A stretch of 64,000 nt of DNA from positions 97,032,001-97,096,000 of the forward strand of contig NW_024704743.1 of assembly GCF_018977255.1 (NCBI RefSeq), given 5' to 3'. This document shows, piece after piece, positions 1-12,680 of this stretch. The position numbers were made by a program, and so were the translations under genes. Origin of the DNA: Callorhinchus milii (taxonomy: Eukaryota). Position 1 is the first letter of the stretch; each line of letters begins with the position of its first letter. The notes under the pieces are model-generated. The model saw only the letters and a program-made list of their open reading frames with translations. It made no database searches and had not been told where the DNA came from.

Positions 1-670
1 TTCTCAGAGCGCTTCACACTAACGGATCCCGGGGCCAAGCCAGGGGGATGGGGTGGAAGGTGACCAAAGGCGCGGTCAAAAAGAAAGGTTTTCGGTCGAG
101 ACTTGAAAATAGGAAGAGAGGGGGCGAGGCGAGGGGAGTGAGGAAGGGAGTTCCAGAGTCTCGGGTTACAGTGGCTGAAGGCACGGCTGCAGAGGGTGAA
201 GCGGAGGACTCGGGGGATAAGGAGGAGGCCAGACCAGGTGGAACAAAGGCAACGGGCACTGTTTTGAGGAGAGAGGAGGTCAGAGAGGTAGGGGGGTGCA
301 GAGGAGTGGAGGGATGTAAGACAAGGGTGAAGACCTTGAAGTCGATCCTCTCCGGTACAGGCAGCCAGTGTAATCTGGCAAGGACTGGGGTAATCGGGGA
401 GCGGAGTTTGGTGTGGGTAAGAATGCGGGCGGCAGAGTTTTGTATGACTTGGATTTTATGGATGATAGTGGAGGGGAGACCGGCGAGGAGGACGTTAGAA
501 TAGTCCAGCTGAGAGGTGACAAAGGCATGGACCAGGATTTCAGCGGCTTTCGGAGTGAGGTATTGGCGGAGACGGGCGATGCGTCTGAGGTGGAAGAAAG
601 CGGTGCTGGTGAGGGACCGGATGTGGGGGAGGAGGGATAATTGAGGGTCGAATCTGACGCCTAGGTTGCG
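1..670 (-). mobile_element. L2-clade LINE, 3' fragment (lineage A), runs off window start
   Basis: Reverse complement closely matches the copies at 10684-11256 and 38371-39070; minus strand encodes the L2 ORF2 C-terminal region (…[20 protein letters not shown]…). Confidence 0.9.
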
Positions 671-1389
671 TCAATATATCAAATGCAAATGCAAGGGCAA
701 TATATCAAATGCAAATATTATTATTATGAACATTGTATGCCCAATGGATATTACAGCTGTGTGATCCGAGGATAAAATGCCTGATGCCAAAGGCTACGAA
801 TGAATGTGACCAAGAGACACGATTCAGTCTCCTCCACATCAACCGGCATTAGGGTTTCACCTTGGTCTGCCCATGAGCATTAAATTTAGGAGTAAGCCTG
901 TGGAATAAGATCCAAGTCTTTTTCCCCGCCACCCATCACTCCCCCATAAAGTAACAAATACTTTATTGTAAACTCAGAGCCTCTTTCAATGAAAGAAGCA
1001 GGGCAGTAAATATTAATTTGTATCAAAACCACACAAATGGCTCAGGATGTGAGCTGGTTTACTAGCCTGATTATGGACTTGCAGAAGGTGTCGGGGAATT
1101 ATTCTATGGGCATTTTTCTAATAGTTTTTAGTCTACAACAATTTTCTTCAACAGATTTTAACTCCAAATCCTCTCCTCTCTTGAAGCCACTTGAACTCAC
1201 TGGTGTCTATTTTACACCGTGTGTAAATCTTAGGTAAATGAACGTGAATTGTGTGCCATTTGTAAATGCATGCATAAAGCAGAATATGCAGGAATCCTCA
1301 ATTATGTAATTAGCAAGTAATCAATGATTCAATACTGGAGGCATCATAATTTGATACCTGCCCTAACTCATGGGTCACACATTGGCTTC

Positions 1390-1980
1390 GACCACTCTTC
1401 CTGATAACTTGTTTCAAACTTTAATTATACTCTAGATGAAGAAATACTTCCTAGTGTCTTTCCTGAAATTACCTTTGCAACTCTTAACCTTATTCTGCTG
1501 CCTTTGCATATCGAAAAACATTGTTCCAGGTTTACTTTCTCAATCCCATTTAAATTATTATATACTGCTATCAAGTTCGTTCTGAGACATCTCTTTCCAA
1601 GGCTTATCTTATTGTTGCTATTATTCATTCCTCTAACAAAGCGGGTTCATCCTCTGCATTGCTCCTTAGGCTTGGGCCATCCCCATATGTCACTGTGACC
1701 AGAATTGTATGCAGTACTCTAGGTACTCTTAAGTGTGGCCTCATCAGAGCACTATGCAGCATGAGCATGAATTCTGGGAATCTGAAGGCAACTGATTTGG
1801 CAATATAGCCCAGCATCTTGTGAAAAATGAGTCAACTTTCACCCCTAGGTGCACTCCTCAGCTTCTTGCTCCTTGGTGAATTCTATCCCATCCAGGAAGT
1901 ACCTATTCTTACTCCCATATGCAGTACTTTGCATTTATCTGTACTGAACTTCATTTGCCAACCATTAACCCATGTGACAT
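1390..1980 (-). mobile_element. Decayed CR1 LINE ORF2 C-terminal fragment
   Basis: Minus ORFs LGYIAKSVAFRFPEFMLMLHSALMRPHL and SLGKRCLRTNLIAVYNNLNGIEKV match CR1 ORF2 motifs (LY.ALVRPHLEYC; SLEKRRLRGDLI.VYK). Confidence 0.85.
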
Positions 1981-2168
1981 TCCTAATACAATTAGGAACA
2001 TGAATTTGTATTGTTCAAGAGCAGCGATACAATTTATTAGAATACTTGTCTCTCCAGTCCCACCACATTCAATTCCTCTTCTTGGTTCTTAATAGAGAAC
2101 TAGCACAGCATAGGGATAGTAGATCTAGTGGCCTCCTATGCAAACATTTCTGTGAATTAAGTGAGCAC

Positions 2169-2366
2169 AATGGGAGTCAATTTTATGGTATTGCTTAATG
2201 GATTTCTTAATTAACAAATGCAAGTGGATACTTCCGATAACTGGAAGTATATAACATACATTATTCTGACTCGAAGGAATCCATCTGCAAAAATAAATTG
2301 AAGTTACAAATGCCAGATTTCTAAATTAAGAAAGCCATTTTGTAATATCACAAAATTGACTCCATT
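2169..2366. mobile_element. Palindromic MITE-like element with ~51-bp imperfect terminal inverted repeats
   Basis: Left arm aatgggagtcaattttatggtattgcttaatggatttcttaattaacaaat; reverse complement of right arm aatggagtcaattttgtgatattacaaaatggctttcttaatttagaaat. Internal perfect 8-bp hairpin atacttcc/ggaagtat (2228-2250). Confidence 0.7.
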
Positions 2367-3119
2367 AATATGTGCACCCAATATGTGCAGCTAATTATCC
2401 CTCCATAGTACTCACAATGTTCATTGGGTCCTTTTTGGGGATTTAAAAATAATTGGCCATTTGATTTCAATAACTAATGGTAGGTGTGAACAGAATGGCA
2501 GCAGAATGTTGACAAATTCCAGAAGACTGGAGCGCACCCAATCCAGCTCCCTCTAGAACTCCATACCATTTGCTTTTCTGCCTGAAGATTTCAACCTTTG
2601 AAATTGCCCAGCATTATCTGTACTTTGTCTGTCAACACCTGCTCAAGATGTTGTACATTGGATTCTAGGTCTGCCAAATATATCATAGGAGTCTGATTCT
2701 CAATCCACCAAGGTGATCAATTCATCCTGTCATTGAGTGCAATTAATTTTATCAGTGGTTGAAACTATAGTTCATTAATTTAAGAATTGGGGCTGTTGAT
2801 GAATTGGAATTAGAAGCATGTTGGAAGAGCAATCTTTCCATTGAGATACTAGACCAATGCAATTTAAATTTATATTGTACCTTTCATGTCGGGAGGATAT
2901 CCCAAAGCAATAAACCAAGGTCATATCTGTCTGTTCTTTAGGTGGATTTTGGCTCAAAAAGATACAGGGTTTTTCCCCTGGTCTCCAAGCCAATCCTCTG
3001 GAGGGACGCATCCTGCTTACCTAATTCCAAAGAGTATTAGGCGCAGTATTAGTGTTTCTTAGTATTTAAATTTGTATTTCTGTCTCAACAAATTTAAATT
3101 AGTATTTCTGTCTCTTCCG

Positions 3120-3505
3120 TCAGTAAGTTCCATATTCTCACTACTCTGCGTAAAGTTCCTTCTAAATTTCTTTTTAAACCGTTGACTGGATATAGTTATA
3201 CTTCCAATTACGACCCCTCGATTTGGACTCACCAACAAGTGGAAACAGCTTATTACTATCCATGTTAATAAATCCTTTCATACTTTCAACAACTCTCTCA
3301 GGTCTTGTCTCAACTCCAGAGAGAACCCCAACCTATCCAATCTTTCTGGACAGCTGTTCTCACTTATTCCTGTAAACATTCCTTGTAAATCTATGCTGCA
3401 CTCTCCCCAAAGCTGCAATATCCTTGCTGTAAGTATGGTGAGGAAGAACTACAAACAATACTCCAAAAGTGGTCCAACTAAGGTTTTATATACATTTAAC
3501 ATTTT
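3120..3505 (-). mobile_element. Decayed CR1 LINE fragment
   Basis: Minus strand near 3400-3500 reads MLNVYKTLVGPLLEYC, equivalent to CR1 LYKTLVRPQLEYC. Confidence 0.7.
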
Positions 3506-3544
3506 CCTAGCTGGATAAGCAGTAGGAAACTTGCAATGACAATG

Positions 3545-3808
3545 ACAAGCTATGCAGCTTTAGCTGGTTAGACTCCATCAGTATCCCAATGAACACATTG
3601 GCGTCCTCAAGCCTTACCTTCTGCCAAACCGCACCTAATACTTTCTGAGATTATGTGAGCAGGCTCTTGCCTCTACACAGAGAGATATGCTCCATTCCAA
3701 ACAAACAGAAATTTCTGTACATATGTGGAATTCTCAGTACTTTGGATTGCATACTTTTAAGCATGGTGATTGGTTTCCGAGTGTGTCAGACACCCAGCTG
3801 ACCAAAAA
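3545..3808. repeat. Unclassified interspersed repeat, copy 1 of 3
   Basis: Shares blocks tttagctggtta(g/a)actcca, agtatcccaa and gtgtcaga…gaccaaaa with 41983-42235 and 63564-63828. Confidence 0.8.
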
Positions 3809-4524
3809 TAAGGTCAAGATGTAGGTCAATGATTCCAGGATGCAATAATGTAAAATTGAAAGTAAATGCATTTTATGTCCATTTTTTACATGCAATTTTG
3901 ATTGCTCAGTTGCTACATTCTCCCCCTTCAAAAATAGAATTTAAATTTACCTCAAAGAAAATGGCCTTCTCAACACCAGCAATGAGATTTGATTTTGGTT
4001 AAATCTACATACACAATTAAATGCTGTGAACTTTGGTGCATTCTTCAAAGTAACCAATTATGCACAAGCTGTTAATTTAGACAGCTTGCCATTAAACTGC
4101 ATAATTGTTGTTCCCAGCTGAGTAAGTAGGTCAGGCCTTTGTCTTATCAACAATCATTGCATCTCTCTCAGCATGATTTGGACTTATTAAACTGAAGAAT
4201 TACTTGTTTAAAAGTGGCATTTCTGATGATGCCAGCAAGTATCCCAGAGCCTCCAATGTACTATTTTCATCAAACTCTAATGGCCTTTGCAATGAACTCT
4301 GAGAATGAAAAGCAGGGTGCAGCTCAGAATCCCCAGCTTCCTTTAAGCTTTTTCATTGCTTGTGAGTTACTTTGCAAGTGATGGAATGGCCTCCCTCCCT
4401 CCATTTTTAAATACAAACATGGACACATATGAGCTTGGCATATTAGTGAATAAAAAGCTTTTTGAGGTGAAAATAATCTTTAGGGTTTAGTGCTTTTCCA
4501 CCTTGAAAAGCCAGAGGGGTACAT

Positions 4525-4920
4525 AATCATTTGATATAGCATCGATAATGTCTCAAAGTGTTTTACAGTAATGACTATTAAGTGTAAAGGCTGTGTATTT
4601 GTAGATGAGTTTGTACACAACAATGTCCCACAAATAGCCAGTTGGTGAATGACTGATTTATCTGGAGGATTGTTGACCAGGTTACCAGGAGAGATTCCTT
4701 CTCTATTTAAATCATATCAAGGGATTGTTAACAGCCACTGAGAAGATGGACAGGACCTTTGTTTAGTGTCTCATCTGAAGGATGGCACCTCGAACAATGC
4801 AGCCCTTCCCCAGCACTGTAATGAGTGTTAGTGTGGACTGTGATCTTACAGTCACTGATGTGGGGCTTGAACCCACAGCCTTCTGATCAAGAGGTGAAAG
4901 TGTTAAGAAGCAAGCTGATA
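4525..4920 (-). mobile_element. Deu-domain-type SINE (SacSINE1/AmnSINE1-like), degenerate
   Basis: Reverse complement of the family best seen at 23590-23975: B-box-like head (ggttgtgggttcaagccccac), central segment and shared SINE tail. Confidence 0.7.
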
Positions 4921-5497
4921 TAGTAATACACTAATCCTTGCATTTGATGTAGTGCCTTATCACATCAGTGAGTATATCGCTTTACAGGATATACTGTAAA
5001 GTGATATAACTGTGTATTTTGCGGGTGATATGGAAGTGCCTAAGATATTAAATGAGCTAGTAAACAATATACAGTACAATTTATACTCATTTAGCACCTT
5101 TCAGCTCGGGAGGATATCCCAAAACACAAATCCACAACAGTACTTTTAGATTTACCAAGGCAGCAGGACTCTGTATCTGATTCTTTAAGGGGTGGAGGAG
5201 GAGGGAGAATAAAGAAATCATACTTAAGTTTGAATGTCAGGTGAGGAAAGGGTGTCAGAATGGCTCGTTGTATGGCCTGGGTAATTTTCCCTTCCTTAAC
5301 TCAGGGCCCTGAGGACAACTTAGTTGACTGAGAATTGCACAGACCAGAATTCGAACCTGAAATAATTTGTGGTTTACATAAATTGGTTACTCACTGCACA
5401 GTCTCACTGATCTATCGAGGGAATCTTTTTAAATCAAAATTCAAATATCTGCTTGTGACCCAATTTCTTTTTTGGAAGAAGAGTTTCAAGGTCACAT

Positions 5498-5675
5498 GTG
5501 GAGTCCTGTAGCTCAGTGGTTAGAGCACCCGCCTTGCAAGTGAGAGACCTGGGTTCGATTCGCCCACAAAATATACAATCAATTCACTTTACAGTATATT
5601 CTGTGAAGCGCTTTGAGACGTCTAGAAGACGTGAAAAGTGCTATATCAAATGCAAGGATTGTTATTATTATTATT
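5498..5675 (+). mobile_element. tRNA-headed SINE, internally deleted copy
   Basis: gtggagtcctgtagctcagtggttagagc…ggttcgatt is fused directly to cgcccacaaaatatac…aaatgcaaggattgttattattat. Confidence 0.9.
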
Positions 5676-7677
5676 CAACAGGTTTGAAGAGCACTCAAAT
5701 CAGGAAACCTGAAAATCACCTCAGGACTCAAGCTACTCCTTGTGCAGGGAACGTCATATACGTCACATTGACTGATTGAATTCTACTCCGAGGTGATCTT
5801 AGGTTGGAAGAGTTCTTGCAAGTTGGTGTGACATACATGGGGGTTCCCTGCACAAGATGCACTTCATGTTCTGAGATGCCTTTTTCTTGCAACCAAACCA
5901 TTTATTCTGAGGTTTTCCGGTTTAACATTTTTTCAAGCACAGCAAGTAAAACATTACTACTCTGACTATGTGAGTGATTTTCCCCCTAACTGGTTGATAG
6001 TAGTGACTTATTTCCAAGTGATCAAAGTGACTGAAGAGGGCATTTTTATGTTTGCTTCTTTATCTTGCAGTTTAGAGGGAAGAGCAAAGTTTGATTGTTT
6101 GCAAAGAAAACCAAGTCTTATTAAGCATAGGTACAAGCTTCCTTTTATGTTAAGCTCCAAAAGATATTGGTCATTGACCAATTATAACGAAATGGAAAAT
6201 GGAGAGATAAATGAATAGATCGACAGCTGGAAAAACTTGACAGAAGACTGTGTGTCTTTACAGGACATGTCTTCAGTTGTACTGTGTTATCATCCGTCCC
6301 ATGATGCAAAGGTTGAATATGTAATCATTTCACCATTGCCTGTGGTCTAATTTTATCTGAGGTCCAACCTATTGTGCAGTGAGCATCTCTATATCCAGCA
6401 CTGGAAAATATAGCATTGTATAATCGTTGCCATTTAAAGGGATTAAAAGACTAGTCTATTTTGTATTATTAAATTCCTTTCAGAATTTCGGGTCATGTGG
6501 TATTAACAACATGTTATTATTTATATTCAGTTGGCCCTCAGAAAATTGGGAGGCTTTCCAATGTTCACAATGTGCACCTTTGATCGACGATTTATTTTAC
6601 AGAAAGGTAAAGTTCTTCATAAAGGAGAATTGGAAAGATATTGGAAAAGCATTAGAATTCCTTTGAGAAGATCATGTCAAATTGTGGGTAGCTTTGTGCT
6701 TACTGTCTCTGCCACTGTAGTCTGAAAATACCAAAACTATTCCACGTAGAACCTTGACAGAGAGGAGATTTTAATAATAATAATCCTTTAATAATAATAA
6801 TTTAATGTTGAAATGTCTAAAAGTGCATCACAACATTTATTTTAAAGTGTAGTAACTGAGTATTTGTAAGCAAATATCAGTCCGAGCTGGATTCAAGTCA
6901 AGGCTACAGAAAGGAAACATAAATGTGCAAACCCACTACACTACCTGACCCTTTCCATAGTTCCTATCCATGTACATGAGTGGTATTGCTCTTCTATAAC
7001 TAAGAAATGACAAATGTGTCAGAAACGTAAATTAAATTTCACAGATGGTTTCCTTTCACAGACACAAGACCCCCTTTAGTGTTGAGCATGTTTGAAATGG
7101 TCCTCATGTCATATCTGAATACCTGTTTAGAAGTGACACATTGCCTGAAGAACAGAAAATTCATTTGGGGATTTGGGGATTTTCATTAAACTTGACAAGT
7201 GATTTTCTCCCATTATCATCTCAGGTTTCTTTGAAAAGCAGGAGTGGCAGTGTCTGTCAACACACTGGGCAACTCTCTGCACAAGAATAGTTTTTGCTTC
7301 TCATACATTTGTCTTTTTAAACACCCGAATCACAGCACTTTTAGACTTAGCAACGTTGTCTTGAAATTTAAATTGGAGAAAATTCTTGAATTAAATCTTA
7401 ATTTTGGAAGCCGCTTTTCTGCGGTTCTTAAAAAGAACATCATGATGAACCAGAGCCTGTCTTCACCCAACATCCACTTCCACACACAAACACACACACT
7501 TTGCATCAGTGAGGCCAACTGTAGCACACCCCATTGCGGCTCTGGCTGAGATCAGCTAACTCTGATGACAGGTCTGTTTAACTAAGAGGTGGCCTCTGTG
7601 AGGGGTGAGATTAATTCACACAACAAACATAATTCCACAAATCCAAATAATAATTGTCTAATCAAGGCAGAAACCCA

Positions 7678-7845
7678 CTCCTCTCATCCCCTAATTCTCT
7701 CTTTTCTCCCTCTCATCCTCTATCCTCCCCTCTCATGCCTATTTTCTCCTCCTCTCCTCTCATTTCCTGTATCTCCTCCTTCCTTTCTCCCTCCCCTTCC
7801 CCATCTCCTGTCCCCTCCTCTCCCTTCCCCATCTCTCTTCCCTAC
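7678..7845 (+). repeat. CT-rich low-complexity tract
   Basis: Nearly all pyrimidine, with ctctc/ctccc units. Confidence 0.8.
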
Positions 7846-7980
7846 CTGTGATCTATTGTCATTACCAAGCCTAGGCGGGACTATATGGTGATGTATACCT
7901 CATTCATTCTAAGGCTGCAATTAAACAGAGCACTTCAGGTATTATTGCTCTTGCTTTTCAACAGGTCATAATACGATACA

Positions 7981-9095
7981 AAATATAATACAAAATTACA
8001 TTTGTAAAACGCCTTTCATGACGGGAGGATGTCCCAAGGCACTGAACAGTAGGGGTCATAAGGACCCGGGGAGGGTTGGGATCAGGGAGGGTGGAGGGCA
8101 GAGAGTGTAGGAGGGTGGCCGAAGGCATGATTGAAGAGGAGTGTCTTGAGACGTGCCTTGAAGGAGGCAAGGGAGGGAGTGAGGCAAAGGAAATGTGGGA
8201 TGGAGTTCCAGAGAGTGGGGCAGAAAGGCTGAAGGTCCGACCGCCGATGATGGGTGGGCCAGGTGGGGGACATGGAGCAGGCCGGAACTTGCTGAGCGGA
8301 GGGAGTGGACAGGTTCATAAAGGGTTAGCAGATCTGAGAGGTAGGAGGGGGCAAGGCCATGGACAGCCTTGAAGTTGAGGACAAGGATTTTGAACTTGAT
8401 CCTCTGAGGGGTGAGGAGCCAGTGGAGCCGGGTGAGGATGTTTGTGATGGGGTCATGGAGCCTGGTGTGGGAGAGGACATGAGCTGTAGAGTTCTGGATG
8501 ATCTGCAGTTGGGAAAGCCGACAAGAAGGGACTTCGCGTAGTCGAGCCTTTACGTAGTCGATGTAATGAAGGCATAAATGAGGGTTTCTGCGGCCTGATG
8601 GGTGAGGCAGAGGCAGAGTCGAGCAATATTGCGGAGGTGGGTGAAGGCAGAGTGGGTCATGGCACGAAATTGGTGGAGAAAGTTCAGTTGAGGGTCGAAC
8701 AAGGCGCCTAGGTTCCTGACTGACTTGCTAAGGTGGAGTGTGAATCCGTTGATGCTGATGCTGCCAGTGCCTGAGTTGCGGAGACGCTGGTTGGAGTCAA
8801 TCAGGAGAGCCTCGGTCTTGCTGACATTCAACTGTAAAAAGTTAGCTCTCCTCAGGACTTGATGTCTGCCAGACAGTCTGTCAAGAGATTAGTAGTCCTG
8901 GAATCAAGGGTGGAGGCAGAGAGAGAGAGTTGGGTGTCATCCGTGTACATGTGGAAGTTAACCCCATGCCTGTGGATTACGTCACCAAGAGGAAGCATGT
9001 ACAAATCGAAGAGGAAAGGACCGAGCCCTGAGGAACACCACACGAGACAGTGCGGGGGCTGGAGGAGAAGCTGTTTACCAATGGTGCATATCTAG
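7981..9095 (-). mobile_element. L2 LINE, 5'-truncated (lineage B)
   Basis: Minus ORFs contain [33 protein letters not shown] (degenerate YADD) and VRNLGALFDPQL; 3' stem-loop tail near 7985-8045. Confidence 0.92.
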
Positions 9096-9699
9096 TGCAA
9101 ATTAGCTCTTACTCACAGAGACTGTTTACATTGCTGTGAAGCAGATAAAGGGTTAGAAAATAAGTGCAGAATAGGTTAAAGGATATTGCCCTGACAATTA
9201 TATTTAACTAAAATATGAAGTGGGTTCTGGTTCCTGTTTTGGGCTCTGGCTTGCTATGTAAAGCAATATCTGAACGCAGGATTGTCAGGAACCCTTTGGA
9301 TTCAGAAATTAATGTACCGTGTGCAGACTGGATAATAACATTAACTGAATAAACACAAGTCGGCTTCCTGAAAGTCTAATGCCTCCAGTGAATCTAACAT
9401 AGTGTGTAGAACGTGTGAAATGAATGCAATGGGAATGTTTGCTGAATCAATATTAAAAAAATTCTTTAAAATCTTGGGCGAGCTATTGGTATTCAAAGTG
9501 CTGGTACAGGGGCCACCTGGGAGTTATATGTGAGATGTGGTCAACAGGATGGTGGTTTAATGCACAATACATCATTCATTAGCCGTCCTACATTAAGTGA
9601 ATAAATAGAAATCAGTTTGTACTTAATGATCAAAATACAAAGTCTACATAAAGTTTACAAGGGATGGAATTTCCGGGGCAAGTTGAGGGAGAGTTAAAA

Positions 9700-10445
9700 G
9701 AATGATAGGAATTATAAATAAAGAGGTGACTCCAGGCTGAGGCCAGAAAAAGGAGATGAGATGCTCAGACCAGATGGATTACATAGTAAGGACCCGGCTA
9801 ATTAAATTGACATCCTATAGGGAATCATTAGAAATGGGAGTGATATCCAAGGACAACTGTAATGGCAATTTATAATAAGAGACATTAGGATAACAATGGG
9901 ATGTTATTGGTGCCTAATTTGTGATATTTGCCTTAATTGTGACTTCTGCTCTCCAGATATCGGATTGTGAAATTCATAGCGAAATTCATCAGCCAAATAT
10001 TCCAATTCTTTCGATCAACCCAATTTATGAATATTGTAAATTGGATCCAGTTATTAACATTGTAGATAAATGATTTCAAATTAGAGACAGAACAAAAATG
10101 TTTGCTGGTGAGACCAAATTGTGTGTGTGTCATTATAAAGAATGGATCTGAATATATTGGGAACATATTCCACCCCCAAGTTGGGTGCCCAGCCAGCAGT
10201 GTTAAGCACATTCGAAGGTCCTCTCAACATGAAAGGTGCTATATGTGATATATAAATATAAACTACATTGTACTGTAATTGAGCTGACAAGTGGCAAATG
10301 CTAATTAATGTAGAGGAATGCAAATTTATGAGACTGACAGGGCAGAGATCTCGGGAGTTAATGGATAGCTTGCTAAAAATATGCATAAACAATAAAGAAA
10401 GCAAAAAAAGCCTTAAGATCCAGAGACATTGAGTGTAAGACATGA
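9700..10445 (+). mobile_element. Very decayed CR1 ORF2 pieces
   Basis: gaatcattagaaatgggagtgata resembles the SLETG.VP motif and aagtggcaaatgctaattaatgtagaggaatgcaaa resembles KWQM.FNVEKCK; heavily interrupted. Confidence 0.45.
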
Positions 10446-10455
10446 GAAATGATGA

Positions 10456-10683
10456 ATAATAATAATCCTTGCATTTGATATAGCGCTTTGCACGTCTTCT
10501 AGACATCTCAAAACCCTTCACAGAATATAATGTAAAGTGAATTGACTGTATACTTGTGGGCAAACCACGGCACCAATTGCGTATGGGAGTGTCCCACAAA
10601 CAGTTGTGGATTGAGTGACCAAACTGTTATTGTTTTTTTCTTGAGGGATTATTATCAAGCATATGGAGTAAGGAAACTTGCCC
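10456..10683 (-). mobile_element. tRNA-headed SINE (3' part), interrupted by an L2; resumes at ~11256-11274
   Basis: Reverse complement of the SINE body and tail up to ggaaacttgccc; continuation gttttgccctggctgggaa follows the L2 tail. Confidence 0.85.
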
Positions 10684-11256
10684 TTTGTCACCTCTCGGCT
10701 GGACTATTCTAATGCCCTCCTCGCCTGCCTCCCATCCACTACCATCCAAAAAATCCAGATTATTCAAAACTCTGCCGTTCGCATTCTCACCCGCAACAAA
10801 CTCCGCTCCCCGATTACCCCAGTCCTCGACAGACTGCACTGGCTGCCTGTCCCAGAGAGGATCGCCTTCAAGATCCTCACCCTTGTATTCAAATCCCTCC
10901 ACTCCTCTGCACCCCCCTACCTCTCTGACCTCCTCTCTCCTCAAAACAACGCCTGTTGCCTTCGTTCCTCTGGGTCTGGCCTCCTCCTCGTCCCCCGAGT
11001 CCTCGGCTCCACCCTTGGCGGCCGTGCCTTCAGCCACTATGCCCCAAGGCTCTGGAACTCCCTTCCTCACTCCCTTCACCTCACCCCCTCTCTTTCTATT
11101 TTCAGGTCTCGGCTGAAGACCTTTCTTTTCGACCGCGCCTTTAGTCACCTTCTGCCCCCTCCCCCTGGCTCGGCCCCGGGATCCGTTACTGTGAAGCGCT
11201 CTGAAACACCGTCCGGCGTGGGGGGGGCGCTATATATATCCAAGTTGTTGTTGTTG
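10684..11256 (+). mobile_element. L2 LINE 3' fragment (lineage A), ORF2 C-terminus still open
   Basis: 217-aa [16 protein letters not shown]…[22 protein letters not shown]…[17 protein letters not shown]…[10 protein letters not shown]; (GTT)n tail. Confidence 0.93.
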
Positions 11257-12284
11257 TTTTGCCCTGGCTGGGAAGTGATGGTCAACTTATTCAGTGCATT
11301 GTTTTGTGTCCCTCTCCCAGCAAGTATATAATTCTGGTCACTACATTGCAGTAGGAAATTCCTGGCATTGAGAAGGGTATGGTGGAAAGTCAGTAAAGTG
11401 AGACCTAAAATTGGACAAAAGTATTTGTGTATTGAAAGACATGGATTATCATAGGTATGTTTTGTGAAAATTAATTTTGGGTGTTTTTTCCCTCTCTTCA
11501 TGGATCCTACTTTTGAAATTTGACCATAGCCTTTTGTGGGCCTATGATCATAAAAATAATTTTTACCATATGTGTTTGATTTTATTACCACTGAAGCAGA
11601 ATTAAATACAAAGGCGGAAGAATCTCTGAAAGTGTTTATTTTCTTTGGTTGTCTCATGAGTGATCGTGCAGTTATGTGGGGGATAGTCTCCAATTTGCCT
11701 CCTGCAGTTTTGTGGCATTTCAAATATTCCTACACTGACCCGGGCAATGATTGCAGGTGTTTATAACATCACCACAAAAACAGCTTAGCTAAGACAACTC
11801 ATATAAAGTAATATGGATAACTTAATGTTTCTTGTCACTTTTAATGTTCACTTCACAGAACTCACTTCTCTGGTGTTTTTTTACGTGAATATTTGGAAGA
11901 TTCTACTTGAAGTTTGAAATTTATAGAAAATAAAGTCCAAGTTGTGAGGAATTTCTGTCCTTCAAGCCAGATGTTCCCATATGTAAATAGATGGAGGCAG
12001 AGTTCAGGAGCATTGAATACAGCTGGATGGATGGGAGTTCACCATTTGCCTTTGAAGTGTTGTTGGGATGTAATTTCCCTGCTGGAACTACTGGGGCCGC
12101 ATATTTGAAATATTTCCAAAACACATTGTGCCCGTGAACATTATAGCAGATACAGATGCTGACAATCATTCTTAATATTCATTGCACCAGTTGTAATGCC
12201 CACACTCCAACCCGGCTGAGCTCACAACAGACCAGATAAGGAATCTGAGGTCCGAAATTCTCATCATCATAGTCTTAAGATCAT

Positions 12285-12497
12285 TATCATAGAATCATAG
12301 AATCTTACAGGACAGATAGTGGCCATTTGACCCATCGTGCCTATGCCAACTCTCTATCCAACTTGTCCCACTCCACAGCTCTTACCACATAGCCCTGCAA
12401 ATGTTTCCTTTACAAATACATATCCAATTACCTTTTGAAAACTACTATTGAATTTGCTTCCACCACCCTTTCAGGCAGTGCATTGCAGATCATAACA
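12285..12497 (-). mobile_element. CR1-type 3' end with attctatg-repeat tail (related pieces at ~21030-21150, 45810-45935, 51595-51665)
   Basis: atagaatcatagaatcttacag…ggccatttgacccatcgtgcc is the reverse of a CR1-like 3' terminus. Confidence 0.7.
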
Positions 12498-12680
12498 ATA
12501 ATAATAATAAATAATAATAATACTCTTTGCATTTGATATAACACTTTTCACGTCTTCTGGATGTCTCAAAGCACTTTACAGAATATACTGAAAAGTGAAT
12601 TGACTGTATATTTGTGGGCGAAATGTGACAGACAATTGCGTACAGCAGTGTCCCACAAACAGTTGTGGATTGAATAATAA
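12498..12680 (-). mobile_element. SINE 3' tail fragment
   Basis: (aat)n…ttgcatttgatata…cagcagtgtcccacaaacag matches the reversed SINE tail. Confidence 0.85.
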
